The translations under genes were made by a program, and so were the position numbers. The notes under the pieces are model-generated. The model searched no databases. It saw only the letters and a program-made list of their open reading frames with translations, and was not told the origin of the DNA. A stretch of DNA of 64,000 nt from Tubulanus polymorphus (lineage: Eukaryota > Animalia > Nemertea). Positions 23,330 to 37,531 of this stretch are shown here, one piece after another. How positions within the stretch are numbered: position 1 is the first letter of the stretch; every line of letters starts with the position of its first letter. Where the stretch lies: the NCBI RefSeq assembly GCF_964204645.1, contig NC_134035.1:7036351-7100350 (forward strand), written 5' to 3'.

Positions 23330-24290
23330 AGTATATTTTATCACAAGAAATTTTGCAAACTCCGCAGTCCAAAGGTTTAGATTGATTGTTTTTAACCAAA
23401 GTCTTACTAATTTTGTTTTCATACGTGAAAATGATTTGTTTATCCAATAAAGGGAGAGAGTGACATTTCAGAGTTCATTGTAGTTCCGTATGTAACTTTA
23501 TCTTTCGTAGCCATAACAAATGTAGCAGCGTTCTCCTTTTCAAAAATTGCAAAAAATTCATATGCTTCAAGAAAACTGATCAAAATGAAAACGATGACCA
23601 GTGTTCCAAACGTGACTAGCTACGCCACTAGCTGGTTTTTGATTTATTATATCCTTTTTGTGTTCCGAAATTCGAGTTTTCGATTCACGACCAGTTTCTC
23701 CAAAGTATATTTTATCACAAGGAATTTTGCAAACTCCGCAGTCCAAAGGTTTAGATTGATTGTTTTTAACCAAAGTCTTACTAATTTTGTTTTCATACGT
23801 GAAAATGATTTGTTTATCCAATAAAGGGAGAGAGTGACATTTCAGAGTTCATTGTAGTTCCGTATGTACCCATTTTGGAAAAGTTTCGTCACTCTTTCCC
23901 TTTATCGTTTTAATTTTGATAAAGCCGAAATTATTCATACTTCCAGCAATTACACTAAACGCCACATAGTTGAGTCTACCCTAATTACTCGTCACTAAGA
24001 TATTAGTACCAATTTGAATAATGGTTTTTCTCCACACAATTCCCTTCTTTCTAAATATTTTACTTCATGCCTTGCCAAACTCTAATTATTTACTCACTCA
24101 CCAATTTACTCAATAAACCTGTTCTCCTCTGTATATATACCCCTGTTTTTAGTCTATATCTCACACCTGACGATGATCTCTAGGGTGTGATCGAAACGTC
24201 GTGTCTTATATATATTTTAGATTGAAAAAAATAAATTCTTGTTTTTAAATTCTTTTAATCTGTAAATAGTGGGTTTTTTTCTCATAACAC
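23330..24290. mobile_element. Rearranged Penelope-like element 3' fragments (GIY-YIG endonuclease)
   Basis: The minus-strand ORF 23567..23821 reads CGVCKIPCDKIYFGETGR..KTRISEHK..HVWNTGHRF. About 160 bp is duplicated (23331-23492 and ~23706-23868). The C-terminal continuation FNFDKAEII..RHIVES lies on the plus strand from ~23905. Confidence 0.8.
24163..24204 (+). ncRNA. Minimal type I hammerhead ribozyme of the Penelope-like element
   Basis: Stem I ACAC/GTGT, core CTGACGA, stem II GATC..GATC, GAAA, palindromic ACGT stem III and GTC cleavage triplet, downstream of the GIY-YIG tail. Confidence 0.8.
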
Positions 24291-24309
24291 ATTAAAAATC
24301 CAAACTCAC

Positions 24310-24790
24310 ACACCTAACAGAAAATACGAGAGAAACTATCAAAGCTGTTGCAGAAGTAAAGGATACGAATATTCTGCAACAGGTAGCGAACAACGATAAT
24401 AGCTACCACAAGAGTTGTAATTGTTCCTACGCGACAAAATGCAACAACAGTCGATATAAGAAGAGAGAAGATGATTGTTTTGAATTTGCTTTCCAGTCAC
24501 TTTTGAAGCAGATAGATGAAAGTTTACAAAATGGTAAATCGTTTCGAATGAAAGAGCTCCTTAGCTTGTATCATTCATTTTTAGGCGATGCAGATGTCCC
24601 AAACGCTGATACTTACTGGTCATATCAGTTGAAAAATAAACTCATAAATCATTACGGAGACAAAATATCCTTTAAAACTAAACATGGACGTGGTGCTTCT
24701 GGATTGGTTATCGCAAGTGATTAAGCCATAGAAGATGTAATCGAAGATATTCATTTTCTTTTAGAATCTAGGCAGGAAAAAGACCATGCC
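24310..24790 (+). pseudogene. DNA-transposon protein fragment (Academ-like N-terminal region)
   Basis: SYHKSC..SY, then AFQSLLKQID..F.MKEL..LKNKLINHYGDKISF, a pattern common in invertebrate transposon ORFs. Confidence 0.45.
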
Positions 24791-26420
24791 GATAAAAACC
24801 CTGTTGGGTGTAATACATGGCCTCGCGATAGTGAATGAATTTTACATCGAAAAGAATGGCTCAATATCATTTGGAATCGATATTTTGTTTGCTATTTTCC
24901 TTCGTCATATATGGCAAACAAACGCATTAGTAATATTGTATTGATAATAGTTATTCCAACAATGTTCAGACGCAGTTTCCATGGTGACTGAAAACGCAAA
25001 TCAAGGTAGCGTTGTTGCTAAAAATGATTGGCAACAAATAAACTATCGTATAAACGATAAACATTTTGGTTGTCTCTCGGATGCATTAAAATCGTTACAT
25101 TTTGATACTGCCATCCGTTTATAAGTCACAGCTTTCTCTGCACAAATAACGGAGTTAAACAAAGATACCATTTTATATGTAGTCTGTAATATCATTCATT
25201 TTTTATTAACTCTTCTAGATACACCGCACTCGCATGAATCACAATTCCAGTGGAAAAACACGGTTACTTTGTATAGTGAAAATGAAGAAATTCCGTGTTT
25301 TTTTTGGGAAAATTCAGCGATTCCGTGATTCTGCGATATGACAACACCGCGGGAAAACCCGGTTACTATATACAGTGAAAGTGAATAAATTTCGTGTTTT
25401 TTTTTTAAATTTTGCGATTCCGTCATTCCGTGATATGATAACACCGTTAGATGCTATTGCTAATTATTTCATTTTAATGTGGGCATGTGCCATTTTAACT
25501 TTACATATATCCGCGTTTCTTGATGTGGCTTATCTGTGTTTCGTAACTAAGCGTTTAACCAGATAAGATATGTACATTCATTAACCTCCGTAGCCTACAT
25601 TAACCTCTTATCGTAACCTTTCACCCAACAGCAATCCACACTTTTAGTATAGGTTTTACTACACGTAACCATATCTAACGTATCCACGTATAATCGTAAT
25701 TTTGAAGTACGTACATTTTTCAATAAAATTCAATTTTGTTGAATTTAAAGGAAGAGTGCAATTTGCGGTGGAATCTTTCAAGACCTCTGTAGGCTACTTG
25801 TAAGTAATTACGATCAATAATTCTAAAATATAAATCCAGGGCCAGAAATCTTCTTAGTTCCAATTAATAATATGAAATTAAGATAATTGGCATTATGAAA
25901 TTAAGATAATGTGATCGAAGAAGTAATGTGAACTAAAGAGAGTACATTTTTCATCTGTAGACGCATTGCATATGTTGATTTAACGATTCAACTGAATTGA
26001 TCCTTATAGAATGGTTCTAAGAGAAACTTTCTGTAAGCTCTTGGTGGCACAAATTGTATCCACTGGCCTAGTTAAAGTGTTTCAAGAAACTGCAAATGGT
26101 CCTCGCAACTGAGCTCCGCCGTGGTAAAATACTGACGGCAAGTGCGTATAGGCCCTATATTCTAAATCTTTAAAATGACGAGTAGGCTAGGCCTATTATG
26201 TAATCTTTATGAATTATACGTAAATGCTTATACTCTAGCAGTAGTAAACTGACGTTTAATTTTGAAGATATGAATTAAAAATGCACCGGAAAGAAGTCCA
26301 TATTAAGAATTTCGTTTCTTTTCATATGACAATCCGAGAACAAATCGATTTTCCGTGTTCAAAACTAAAATATACTCATACACGGTCCTTTCAAGCATTT
26401 ATCAATTCTTCTTTCAGAAT

Positions 26421-29110
26421 ATGAATTTCAACAGTAGTATCGCCTCTACATCTGCAATTATAAAAAACGCGACAAGCATGATTAACGGTTCTGTAAACGT
26501 TGATAATTCCACAACAACCGTCGGTGTAAGTGACATGATCATATTAGGCTGCTAGTTTTGCGATATTGATACTTAAGCTTGTATTATACCCCTTATCCCA
26601 CAATAATGATAAATAACCCACAATATTGACATTTACTTAAGAGCTTGGCTAAGATCGACTTAGAGCTTGGATTCAAAATTTCATTTCCAGTCACTATAGG
26701 TGAACCAAATTTTACAGTTACAAATGTGAGCATGGTCCCAAGGGCACGTCCGAAACGACGTGTCTTCCAACTTTTTTATGAAATAAATTTCGTTTTTAAT
26801 CCGGGATAGCTGACTGTGGTGGTCATCATTGATTCCAACGCGTACACTATGGCCAACCGGACATGAAACTGTTCTCTCATTTCCGGCTGGATGCTTAAAT
26901 CTTAAGACTTAGAGACCTGAAAAAATAAAAACCGGCTGATCGGGTGTTATATTATATCGGGTGTACTATTCTAGTAGATACTGTTGGTTGGTGTCGAGGT
27001 CGGTCACAAAGTTGAAATGTTATCTCATGGTCGTTCGGATGAATTTGTCCGGTAAAGTATATTTAATATTATGTTGTTGTGTGGGACATTGGACACAGGC
27101 ACTCAAGACCTGTCTGCCATTGTCCTTCGTGCCAATCAATCAATTTATTCTTCACTTTACTCTTCTGAGGGACCTGTTTTATATAAACTATTTCTTAGTT
27201 TCTACAGTTTGTATTATGCTTTGTACACTATGCCGTAAATTGTATTTGAAAATTAAGTGTTCATCCATTCATTCATTCAGGGCTAGTTGAAGAATGGAAA
27301 ATACACTTTTGACAATGTTTTCATTCATTGGTGGTACATGTAGTCGGATCAAGTATAGTATATGGGAAATAGTTCCTTCGGTGTATGATTACATGGAAAC
27401 GGAAGTTGTGGTTTGGCTTCTCAGACGCAATGTCAAGCGACCATACAGTGAGAAGTGCCGGCAATTGGATGTAGGTTAGTTTTACTTGCCGACATCGCCG
27501 ACATTGGTAAAAAGATAATTTTATCTGATGTAGGTTAGTTTTACTTGCCGACATTGCCGACATTGAGATCGACGGATCCCAGCCACTTAACATAAGGGTA
27601 AATCACGCAAACATCCAGCCCTTCGATCCCAGCCACTTTATGTGAGGGCATTCCACGCACACACCCCACGCTCGATCCCAGCAACTTTATATGAGGGTCA
27701 TCCACGCAAACACCCTAGCCCCTCGATCCCAGCCACTTTATATTAGGGTAATCCACGAACACACCCAGCCCATCGACGCGCACACACACACGCACACACG
27801 CACACACACACACACACACACCAGGGTAATTCACCCAAGCACACAGCCCTCGATCCCAGTCACTTTATGTGAGGGTATTCCACGCACACAAACAGCCCTC
27901 GATCCCAGCCACTTTACAGAAGAGTAATCCACGCACACACCCAGTCCGTCGATCTCAATGTCACGATATCGGCAATGTCGGCAAGTAAAACTAACCAAAA
28001 TTAAATATCTCTTTCCCAATGTCGGCAAGTAAAACTAACCTACATTAAATACATCTTTTCCAATGTCGGCAAGTAAAACTTTAACCTACATAAGAAATTT
28101 CTTTCCCAATGTCGGCGATGTCGGCAAGTAAAACTAATCTACATTAAATATATCTTTCCCAAATGTCGGCGATGTCGGCAAGTAAAAACTAAACTACATT
28201 AAATATATCTTTCCCAATGTCAGCGATGTCGGCAAGTAAAACTAACCTACATTAAAAATCTCTTTACCATGTCGGCGATGTCGGCGATTTCGGCAAGTAA
28301 ATCTAACCTACACTGATCTCTGGCGCATTGATTTTTTTCTTTTGATAAGTCTCATCGTTCTACTTTTCCGCATACTATACTCGAGCCGTATATTTTAGCT
28401 TAAAGAACGAAGAACGGTTAAAAATCAAAATGCTGCCTATCTGGTCAATATTTCCAAAAAGTTCGCAACTAGGCTTATTTTAAGGAGTCAAGCAATGATA
28501 CCTTTCAGCCGCCTGCACAAGAGCGAATACGCAGGGGTTAGTAAATTGTGAAGTGTCTACACTTGTATGACAATTATTGATAAAGAGAACATGATTATTG
28601 ATACATCTCGATCGAGATTGGGGGCCTTGCATGGGGAAAATTGTGTTTTTATTAATCTAAGGAACTCTAAATCATAACGAAAATGATATCCATGTGATAG
28701 ATCAATGATTTTTGTTTCCGAAATTGATATGCTAGCCGCTAATCATTTTTGACGCATGCGCATAGCAAACAGTCGGAAATTATCGAAGTATGTGGCCACG
28801 GGGAACATTACCCGCACATGAGGGCGGTATTCTGCTCGGCTTAAGATTCAAAATGAACCTTAATTTCTTTCAGACGATCAATGGCAGTACGGACGTACCA
28901 ACGAGCTTACCTATCACATCGATGCAACCTATCGTCATTGAAGTGGACTACACTGGTTTGTATGTAACCAATGTAATATTCTGCTGTATTGTGCTCTTGG
29001 GATTCTTTTCGATACACATCTACCACGTTGTGAAAAAAAGGCAGAAACTAAACCTTAGCAAAAATGTAGTAGCTCCATTGAAGGACGGTGTGACCGCCGC
29101 ATCACTCTAG
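26421..29110 (+). CDS. Predicted 113-aa single-pass membrane glycoprotein; coding exons 26421-26525 and 28874-29110
   Basis: Both exons follow TTCTTTCAG acceptors; GTAAGT donor at 26526; phase-0 join. The product has five N-x-S/T sequons in a Ser/Thr-rich N-terminus, one TM helix and then KKRQK. Confidence 0.6.
27455..28325. mobile_element. Foldback/MITE-like element with tandem-repeat inverted arms and a central minisatellite
   Basis: Left arm has 2 copies of TGTAGGTTAGTTTTACTTGCCGACAT; right arm has about 7 inverted copies. The core is a ~45-50 bp CGATCCCAGCCACTTTA.. repeat plus (CA)n. Confidence 0.7.
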
Positions 29111-31659
29111 GAATCGCCAGAATCCAAGGTTCAACTTGTCTGAAAGACTTTATATATATCTTATGTAAGAAATATCGTATCGATGTAATATGAATGAATA
29201 GATTGATTCATGCATTCTTTCATTTTTCATTTGATTCGATCATTCGTTTATTCGTTCATTCGGGACTCTGGGATTACCTTTTAGCTTGAATTGACAACTG
29301 GTTATGGGTTCATAAAAGTTTGAACTGCAACGCATGCATTATTTGAAGAAACTGAATAAGAACTTTGGTGGTTTTCTATTTCTGTAGTTGAATTAATCGA
29401 ACTTTGAACTGATTACTTGTTAAAGAGCTAAGAGATCGATGTTGTCTTACATCGTTACATAAAATGTTACACACGGGGACTGGCTATCGGAATGGTTTTA
29501 TTGTAGACGCGGACCAAGTTAGTGCAAGCTTTTGGATAGTTGTTATTAGAGTTTTCTGTTACATCACAGAAAACCCTATTGAGATTCGCGTGTTTCTTAT
29601 TATTATTATTTTATGTCACCCTATTTTCGCTAAAAGAACTAAGGCTTTGTTACCTTGCCGCTGTTGTCGATACAATCCGTATGATATCGTTCAGCTCACT
29701 GAGATCTACAAATACATCGCGTATTTTTTCACGAATCATCGTTACAAAAGCACTGTCGGGCCTTAAACATCGAAAATTTAGCCCCATTCAATGGGGCGAC
29801 ATGTTTTTCGAGTCGTCATCCCGAAATCAACCCGCAGGCCGATTGTCACTTCAATTATCAATTCAAGTATGAATGAACGAATTTATTGCCGCAGTCCTCA
29901 CATTCAGCCGCGGTCTTCAAACAGTGATTTTAACAATAGCCCATTTTCCTCATCAAATCATATTACCGATGCACAGGAAATCTACTACTTTAGATTTAAA
30001 AGCACTGTCGAGCCGTAAACATCGACGAATCGACGTGTGTCACTACATCGTCGTTCCGGGGATCAGCTGCGAGTTTCTCCTCATCATGAGAATCAAATCG
30101 AGTACAAATTAATTTATTACTACCAGTGATTTGGCTGCGGGTTTCAAGGAGTTAGTTTAACAATACCTATTTTTCTTTACCAAATTAACCGTGTATTTAC
30201 TAAGATAAATCTTTAGTGTACGGGGGAGTCGTCGGCCCAATCTAAACACGCCGAAGAGATATAGCGGAGAAAAGCTGTTGTGTCGACGAGATATCAAAAT
30301 AAAAGAATAAATTACTTTATTCGGCCGCGGGTTTCAACCTCTATATCAATACCATCAATACTCTATATTTCCTACAGTACATACCGATCATTGTCAAATG
30401 CACAATGTATTTACTAAATACCAGTATATAACACACTCCTATCCGTATGCTGGACACACACTTAACATTCGGAGTAAGCGTTCGCTGTGGGGGAAAGGAG
30501 GTCGTTCGCTGTGTCGCTTGACGTGTTTATCGAGTTTTACGCGGCTTTAGGCCTACCGGTACTGAGCTTTACTGTCTCAAACAAACACACTATAATTGTT
30601 GCGTTTATTAACGGACTCATTGGATTGAACTTCAAAGCAAAATTTACGATATTTAGGAGGGTCGTTATTCAATAGGCCTACTGGTCGTACTGTCCAGATG
30701 TTAGGCCTACGCATATACATAGGCCTACACAGGCTAGTAGCCTCTACTAGGTTAATGCTAAGTTCACTGTAAAGGAGGAATCAGATTTATTAAAATGCAT
30801 GTTAATTAGTGATTAACTGGTTCTGACTTGCAACAATCAATCACAATTATCAATTTTATTGCCAAAAATAAAGATTTTTTGGAAAATTTCGTCTGAGCAG
30901 ACAGCTTAATAAGCCAAACTTTTCATTTGAGTTTTTTCATCATAAATGAAACTGGTATTTCATTAATTCCTAATGACTTAAGCCGGGCGTAGGTCGGCCT
31001 TGCGACGGCTTGTGACTCACTGCGACGCCATTCACTACGACCGCCAGCGACGATTGTGTCGCAACGACTCATCGACCTACGCTCCCTTGCGACGGGTTGC
31101 GACTTTCGGCAACGCCAGTCACAAGGAGTCGCAAGTGTTCTACCTGCGACGCGACACTACTGTCACAACCAACCTAGGCGCTCTTGCGGCGGGCAGAAAC
31201 TAGTCGCACACAGTAGCTGACAATCGTATCGCAACCGACTTGCACCGAAACTTGCGATGCAACGCGAGAAAGGTTTTTCGTTCGAACAATTGTTCGATCG
31301 AACAGAATCGTTTTAATTTGAACAGAATTTTCTAGTCAGAACATTAAGTTTTTCGTTCGAACAAGTATATTGTAAAAAGTTTTTTCTCCGAACCAAAAGT
31401 ATTAAGTATTTTGTTCAATTGAACAGAATTGTTTTCATTCAAACATTCGTTCGAAAAAATTGTTTTCGCTCAACCAAATTTTTTTTGCCGGGACAAAAAG
31501 TTTTTCATTTCAACAATAACATCAGCTTTCAGAATGAAGAAAAGTTTTGGTTCAAACAAAAAGCGTACTAGATTTTCTTGTCGGATCATTAAGTTTTTTG
31601 GTCGAACAGCGTGTTAAGGTCGTTTTGGAAATTTACTCGGTCTGGAATATTTTGGATTA

Positions 31660-31990
31660 CTGTGTATGTCAGGACATTAAACAGAAGATGACTTAGGATA
31701 CTACCTTGCGTGACTCCACTAGTTAGACCGACTTATTCCAAGATGAGGCGCTCCGTTGATTTCGGCTACAAGTTTTCGTTCAGAGATAATGCTGAGCCAT
31801 TTCGGCAACCTATCATTGATACTGTTTCCTAATAGCCTTGTTTAGTAATGGCTGATGTTGTACCTTATCAAATGCTTTGTCGAAATCATAAAGAGTAATT
31901 ATCGCCTAACAGTCGATTTTCCAGAGTCAATTAGGACATTTGGTCCAGTTATCCATGGTTTCAAGTAGGTCTAATTGACTGTTTGTCGAG
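31660..31990 (-). pseudogene. Degenerate non-LTR (CR1/L2-like) reverse transcriptase fragment
   Basis: Minus strand reads YDFDKAFDKVQH and SGVTQGSILSHLLF. Confidence 0.65.
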
Positions 31991-34900
31991 CTTCCTCTTA
32001 TAAAACTTTGTTAAACATTGAACAGGATTCTAAGACTGTGCAGAAAACCCGTTATCGCTGCTTTGCAGCTATATTTTGAATATTGAAGTGTCTTAGCAGA
32101 ATCTATCATCACGTTTATAATTGCTAGATTACTTATCGGATTGTGTGGAAATGATTTTGCATAGAAAAATTTACAGCTGAAAGAAAAAACGTGACTAACT
32201 CGAGTGACTTCAGGTGAAGAGAAGCGAACACGAAAATAGATAAGAGCCACGATTTTTCTTTTTAAAATAATAAAGACATTAATCAAGATTAAGTTTCCTT
32301 CAAATGAAAATCCACTACGATCATCCGATAAAGTTTATTGCCACCATAGGCTACCGCCCCTGGCTCTTTGAAGCGACAGGGAACCAGTCTTCAATTCAGA
32401 ATTTATTTTACAGAAAAGCGGTTTTTAAGTTTCAGATATTTAAACTGAAAAATATAAATGTTCATAAATAGATTTTACAAACGGCTGCTAACTAAGAACC
32501 CAAATGAAAGTAAAAGAAAATTAAAAGAATTTTTTAAAAACGTGAAAGTAAATGTTTCACTTGTGAAATTTTGTGTCAATAAAGAATGAATTGAATTGCC
32601 GGCAGCACTATGCCGCGCATGAATACCAATTTCAAGACTGATCACGTACGCTCAACCAAGTTTGGTATGCGCTGCTGAAATAACAAAAACGATTAAACAA
32701 AATCATAAAACAACGAAAACGACAACCGTTATAGCCAATATACGAAAGGAACCTAGATTTTATTACTGCATTATGTGTGTAAATATCAGAGCCCAAGAAA
32801 GGTTCTAACGAAAGTAATCGACTCCCCAAGCAAGTTATCAATCCGTGTGATAGCAATATGGGCTTTATTGTCAAAGAAGAATACTTTTATGACAAGTACA
32901 TAATTAACAAAATTTAGTACAACGATGACGGGTAACCGCATACAAGGATATGATGATATATGTGGATGTGGATATTGGTACGGATAGTAGAAAGAGGTCT
33001 TCTTTCTACTGTCCGTACAGGAAATGATAGATAACATTGTATCTTTAGAGTTATAAATCAACAGACTCGCGTTTGACTTTAACCCTATATAAGTATTGAT
33101 GGAGGATGTTCATGCACATGATTTACTTAAAAATTTTACACATTTGGAAGTATTAGGATTACTGCGTATGTTTCTCGGAATAAATCTCTCCCGTTCTTCT
33201 CTGTAGAAAGGTCAGATTAGAAGTACATGAAATTCGTCTTCTACTACATTCATGTTACATTATTGACAAAGTCTCTCATTATATGGATTGGGGGGCGTGA
33301 CCAACGCCCAGTTTCAACATGAAAAGTATGACTTGATCATCTGAATCTGGCAGCTGTTACTCTAGCTTGTTTTGGTAAATTAAGGTACGATTCATAGGAA
33401 ATGGTTGTTTTGAAATTTCTATAAAATTTAGTTTTATTTGAATTATTGATCCAGTTATACCATTTTTGTGAAAACTGGTCTTTAATGCGTTGCTCAATGG
33501 AGCTAAAAAACCCATAATTTATTATCTATCGATTGATTAAAAGGGGACAGATTATTGAAATTATCAATTAGCAGACAGAAAATTGAAACCAAATTAATCA
33601 ATTTCTTCAAATTATCAAAATAGATCAATGCATATTAAATTCATTAATTGAACAAAAACTAAAAACAACGAAATTATACCACGAATCCACGAAGCTGTTG
33701 ACGAACCTTCCAGGCTGCTGACGATCTTCCAAAGGTTATAATTCACATAATTCCATGACGCAAAAATACACACACTCAGTGACAGAGAGTCAGTTAGTCA
33801 GTTTTATAAAACAATGAACAAATTCACACGCTGAAAATCGGTCCGAATCGTACACGAAATTAAAACCATTCCCGCAGTCCATCCGAATTCCTAGCCGAAA
33901 GTCGAGTGCCAATAGAAAATCCATATCTCGCTAACCGTTACTGTTCACGATCCAAAACATTAATAATCGTACATCCGCGATCTCCAGTCGCACTTTTAAA
34001 ACAACCGTTCCAATACGGAAAACGTACCATCTCGGCTAACTACGTACAACTACCGGTAACAGGTTACCGTACAGTTCTCAAAACTTCACAGATCTCCGCC
34101 ACACCTGTAAAAATAGGCTGGAAATCAAATCAACGCCCAGGAGCTATCGCCGGAGACGATACGGATTAGTGACGTCTTCGTATCAATACTAGCACATTCC
34201 GATGAATGCTTTATTCGAATTCAATTATCGTTCTACTTAAAAAGAATCTGCGATTCGATACGCCTTTGAAATTCGATAAAATTCGATCTTGGATTTAAAT
34301 CTTCAGATAACACTTAAATCCTCTACCGGGTCGGTAAAAGGGATAACTTATGGCAAGTTTAAATTAAATATTGTCGGTTTCAGTCCACAAGCCGTGGACA
34401 AAAACTTTGAAATGGTATTTCAGAAGGTCTTTAGTTATGAACCCTGATCCCTTCGAAGAAGCTGTACGCTTGTGCACCCATGCACTCCTACAGGGACCCC
34501 CTGCAGGATGTTCCATGACTAACCACAATAGAAATTAAAATCTTACTTTCAATGAGGTGTCTCAGCAGGGAAAAATGGCTCAAAGTGATGGTATAAATTA
34601 GAATAAAAATTTAGAAAGGTAACTCAAAAGACTTATTTCAAAAATTGAATGAAACGATTAAATCATTTCAATTCACTGCTGATCACTCAATTTAATCCCC
34701 GTAGAGCCCACGTTTCGAATTTTCTCGGAAAGTGTCAAATAAAAATGATGGATCACCGAGTCCTGCAAGTATTTCCTTTTTCATTGGTGAAAGTTTAGTC
34801 TACCGGAACTTCAGTGCAAATTACGGTTGCAGACCTGCTCTTAGACACCCTGACTTTGTGATTCATAGACTTCACATTTAAAAAGTAAAACTAGCGTCAT

Positions 34901-36324
34901 AATGTGCAACATATTATAGTGATAAGCAATAGACGATCTTTAATTATAAAACATCGTAAATACAAACGTACCGGTAATTGAGTCGTAACCCGATAATTCA
35001 TTGCCACCGCGGTAAAACGTGCGTAGGCCCTAATGACCACGCGTCAGGGATTGCATATTTGAAATTAAGCTTTTTTGTTCAGATTTGTTACACAATGGGC
35101 CCGTTATTTTCTTGTCACGTGATGATCACCCATCTTTCATCAATCGGTCATCCCTGTTTGTCTGTTCCATGTTATTTTTTTGTGATGATACTACGAACAA
35201 AACTATACCCACCCTTCTGAACCTACTAAAGCCATAATCACACGGAGTGGATTTGGCCCCATTCAAATTGGCCCACATCGGATCAAAATCTACTTCAGCC
35301 CATGCCTGATTTAGGGAGTGCGCTGACAACAAACCAATCATTCGATACTATGAAAACAAAGCAGTGACTAAGTGATCGAGTTACTTTTGAAACCAGGATA
35401 GCGTTCAACAATCACACGTTATGAATTGACCTGTGTCTAAATTTGGCGCAGGCCTGGTCCGATATTTTTGTCGAGCTAGAAGTGCTCGTGTGATCACGGA
35501 CTTATAAATCTGATTTCAGTGTCTTTGTCAGCATACTTCGTAGTAGGTAGCCTGCATATCTTGTACGGCACATGTTATACTTATTTATATTTATGTATGG
35601 ATATCATGTTATAAATTGTTTCAATTTCTTTGAAAAATAAAGATTATTATATTATATTGTATTATATTATATTAGATTTTTCCAAACTTGACTCAGTGCA
35701 CAGATGTACGCATTATACAATTCCTCATGAGAAGGGCATATCAAATTGGACGTAAATTATTTCCTGTTTTAGAATGTAATGGGCCTATGTTCTTTCAAAT
35801 AGCCTATAGGGCCTATGAGTAAGGAAAAAATCGGTGAAAATTTTAGAACTGTTAAGATTAATTGGTTGTAACTTTTAAAACTAAGACGATTTCATCAACT
35901 AAACAACGATTCTATTTACAATAATATTCCGTATGCGTTAACACCTTGCTTGAGAAGGCTTACCCATTCTTTCATTTGTATTTCATGTTACACATGCGTA
36001 GATCGGGTAGAATATCTTCGGTAACCCGCCAAAAGACCCGTTTCTTTCTAAACAATCATTAATTTTGAAGACCATCGACAAGTAACAAAATTGATGATGT
36101 TTAATGATTTAACCCCTTTATGATATAACATGCAAAGGTTCCAGCTAGAATTGTCAATAGCAAGCGGAACGAATTCAACACTAAGATTTCGATTCAGAAA
36201 AATACGAACCTCTTCAAGTTATCAGTACTTTCACATCTCAAAATCCCTTGAAATACTTGAAGCGCTGCTGTTATCATCTCATCTGAAATATCATCTCATC
36301 TCACATTTAGATTAAAGATGATCA

Positions 36325-37130
36325 TTTTTAGCCCACTTGGGACTTTAGTCCCTGCGGGCTATTGCGTTCACTTTTCGTCCGTTGTCCGTCCGTCCGTAGA
36401 CGGAATCCAGTTATTTTGGTAATTTTTGAAGACGCTTCAATGTAATGTCTTGATATTTGTGTTACACATGTATTTACCCTAGACACATGTTCAGCCCAAA
36501 AAACTGGCCCTGTCAGAGTGAAGATGGCCGAATGGCAGCCATTAGCTTCCTACTGGTTTGCCATTTCTCATTGCAATTTGTGATGGGTATTCTTAGGAAA
36601 GGGATGTTTTATACCTGAGACAGGTATTTTTGATCAGCCAATTATGACGCAATTGGCGGCCATCTTGGTGTCATCAGCACTCATTCGTAGGTAGGAAAAA
36701 GTTTTTCCACATTATATTGATACCTAAGCATATTTTGTAACCACAATCAATTGCAAAGTTGTGGCTCATGACATCGTCTATGATTGTCGTGGGTTTTAAG
36801 GACATTAGTTATTCTATATAGTCACCAGGGGGCGTTGAATAGTAGAATAACTTAGTATTTCCTTTAGTTATTAGATTGGTACCTCGGCATATTTTGTTAT
36901 CTTGATCAATTGCAAAATTGTAGTTCATGACATTTTCTATGATTGTGGTGAGTTTCAAGGTCATTGGGTTTTGTATATGGTCATCGGGGGCGTTGATTAG
37001 TAGAATTATTTAGTATTACCATATTAAATTGGTAACGAGGCATATTTTGTTATCACAATCAATTACAAAATCGTAGTATGATTGTTCTATGATTGTGGTG
37101 ATTTTCAAGGTCATTGGTTTTCAAATACAG
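36325..37130 (+). mobile_element. Second Helentron/DINE-1-like non-autonomous element (different family, probably 3'-truncated)
   Basis: TTTTTAGCCCAC..GCGGGCTA 5' palindrome, a (GTCC)n microsatellite and about 2.7 copies of an internal ~150-160 bp tandem repeat (36715-37125). Confidence 0.65.
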
Positions 37131-37382
37131 CCGCACAGTAAAAATGGTCATTAACAAACTGTTTCCAAATTTTCACTATTTTGACGCGACCTTAACATTT
37201 CAAATGCATTCGTCTGATTAGAAAATGATAATTCGCAAATGGTCAACTACCATGTATTTAGCAAAATCATAAGTAATGGGAAAGTTAAGAGCAAATTTCC
37301 GATCTGATTCTGAGCCATTCAGGCTATAAACATTTAGGATATAAATACAAATATAATATATTCATTAAACTACCAGAGTATT

Positions 37383-37531
37383 CACACACACGCACGCACG
37401 CACGCACTCACGCACCCACGCACCCACACACTCACACACACACCCACACACACACACACTCACACACACACATACACACACATACATACATACACACATA
37501 CACACACACACAAACACACACATACATACAT
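37383..37531. repeat. Compound (CA)n/(CACG)n/(CATA)n microsatellite
   Basis: Visible directly in the sequence. Confidence 0.95.
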
